Shown here piece after piece: positions 63,020 to 64,000 of a DNA stretch of 64,000 nt. A model generated the notes under the pieces. The model did no database searches. It was not told where the DNA came from and was given only the letters and a program-made list of their open reading frames with translations. The translations under genes were made by a program, and so were the position numbers. Within the stretch, counting starts at the first letter, position 1. Each line of letters starts with the position of its first letter. The stretch is from Cetorhinus maximus (taxonomy: Eukaryota), in assembly GCF_964194155.1 (NCBI RefSeq), contig NC_135885.1, positions 27,218,001 through 27,282,000 on the forward strand. The letters are read 5' to 3'.

Positions 63020-64000
63020 GGAAAAAAGAGATTTTTTTGTTAAAGCTTTTGGTCTGGCACTCATCAGGACAATTCGCAAGAAAATGTCAATATCAGGGGA
63101 AACAACATATTTATACTGTATGAGGAGAGAGTGCTGATTAGTTGACAAGTGGACTCTGATTAGTAGAGGCTTTGCCACAGAGAATCCGCAGTTACATGTA
63201 ATAATTTCCTTGCATGTCTTAATGGGCTCCATCCTGCGCTCAATTTCACCTTTGGAATGGAGCAGTCAAATGAACTCCCCTTCCTTGACATACTAGTTGA
63301 GAAATCTGCCAGGGTGTTTCTCTACCACGGTCTACCACAAGCGTACCTTCACTGGTCAATATACGGGTTGGGATTCTTACAGTTCCACACGCTATAAGAG
63401 TGGCAACCTTGTAAATAGGTCCTGAGCCTTTTGTTCACCATGCAAGCTTGTTACTAAAATAGGGCACATCATAGCCATCCTGCGGGATAATGGCTACCCT
63501 GATCAGGTCATTTCGCACTGTATATCGTGCAAACTAATAAACAGGCCCAAGGCTGTTACTTTTGGCCTTGAAAAGTGCCCAGTCTACCTCAGATTACCCT
63601 GGAAGGGCAAGATATCTCAAAACTTTGGGCAACAGGTGAAGCTAGCTGTTTCAGGCTGCTACAATGCAGTAGCAATGCGAGTGGTATTCGCCACTAACAG
63701 GATGCAGCCGTCAAGCCAAAAAGACGTTCTGCCTATCACCCAAATGAGTAATGTGGTATATGAATTTCAATGCCAGTGTGATGCTAGGTATGTAGGCCAT
63801 ACATCCCAAAGACTGGCGGATCATATCAAATAGCATGTCCCTTCCACTTTTTGCAATGGGCAAGGTACAGACCGTACCCAACCTGTGCTTGCAAAACTCA
63901 AAACACAGTGTCCAACATTAAATATGATTCCGCAGTTGGACAACATTTGCTAAATAATCCTCAGTGTGCTAAAAAATTATGCTTACAACCAATTTAAGAT
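63020..64000 (+). mobile_element. Penelope-like element (Penelope/Poseidon type), RT C-terminus plus GIY-YIG, with probable inverted 3' segment at its 5' end; runs off window
   Basis: LNGLHPALNFT, LPFLDILV, TVYHKRTFTG, NGYP, LPWKG, SNVVYEFQCQCDARYVGHTSQRLADHIK; stops and frameshifts. Confidence 0.88.
63037..63072 (-). ncRNA. Degenerate hammerhead-like motif in the inverted PLE segment
   Basis: TTGTC-CTGATGA-GTGCCAGAC-CAAA-AGCTTT-AACAA (G of GAAA replaced by C). Confidence 0.45.

Noticed and set aside
43246-64000. Anosmin exon 2 (48 nt, NNGSLVWCQNHKQCSK-like) and exon 1
   Set aside because: Not found; donor-like sites at ~52324, ~58970 and ~62142 are not preceded by matching codons, so these exons are presumably beyond the window

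Overview
Eukaryotic genomic DNA, very probably from a shark or other cartilaginous fish (SacSINE1-like Deu-SINEs, shark-type CR1 LINEs, many PIF/Harbinger elements). The only real gene is an anosmin gene (ANOS1/KAL1 family) on the minus strand. Six consecutive exons (equivalent to human exons 3-8; 63, 223, 185, 130, 206 and 145 nt) have canonical GT-AG ends, splice in frame and encode the end of the Cys-rich region, the WAP domain and FnIII repeats 1-2. Exons 1-2 and canonical exons 9-14 were not found. The introns are dense with transposon relics: decayed two-gene Harbinger elements and many Harbinger MITEs, CR1/RTE/other LINEs, SINEs, a solo LTR and Penelope-like elements (PLEs). Most notable leads: (i) three candidate non-canonical anosmin isoform elements (an in-frame terminal exon with AATAAA signals, an intron-8 read-through giving a hydrophobic C-terminal tail, and a 45-nt basic cassette exon between FnIII-1 and FnIII-2); (ii) a ~1-kb PLE-derived palindrome with a target-site duplication (TSD), plus two more inverted-end PLE insertions; (iii) seven PLE-type minimal hammerhead ribozyme motifs. 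All TE boundaries and family names were assigned by eye and are approximate unless a TSD is quoted.
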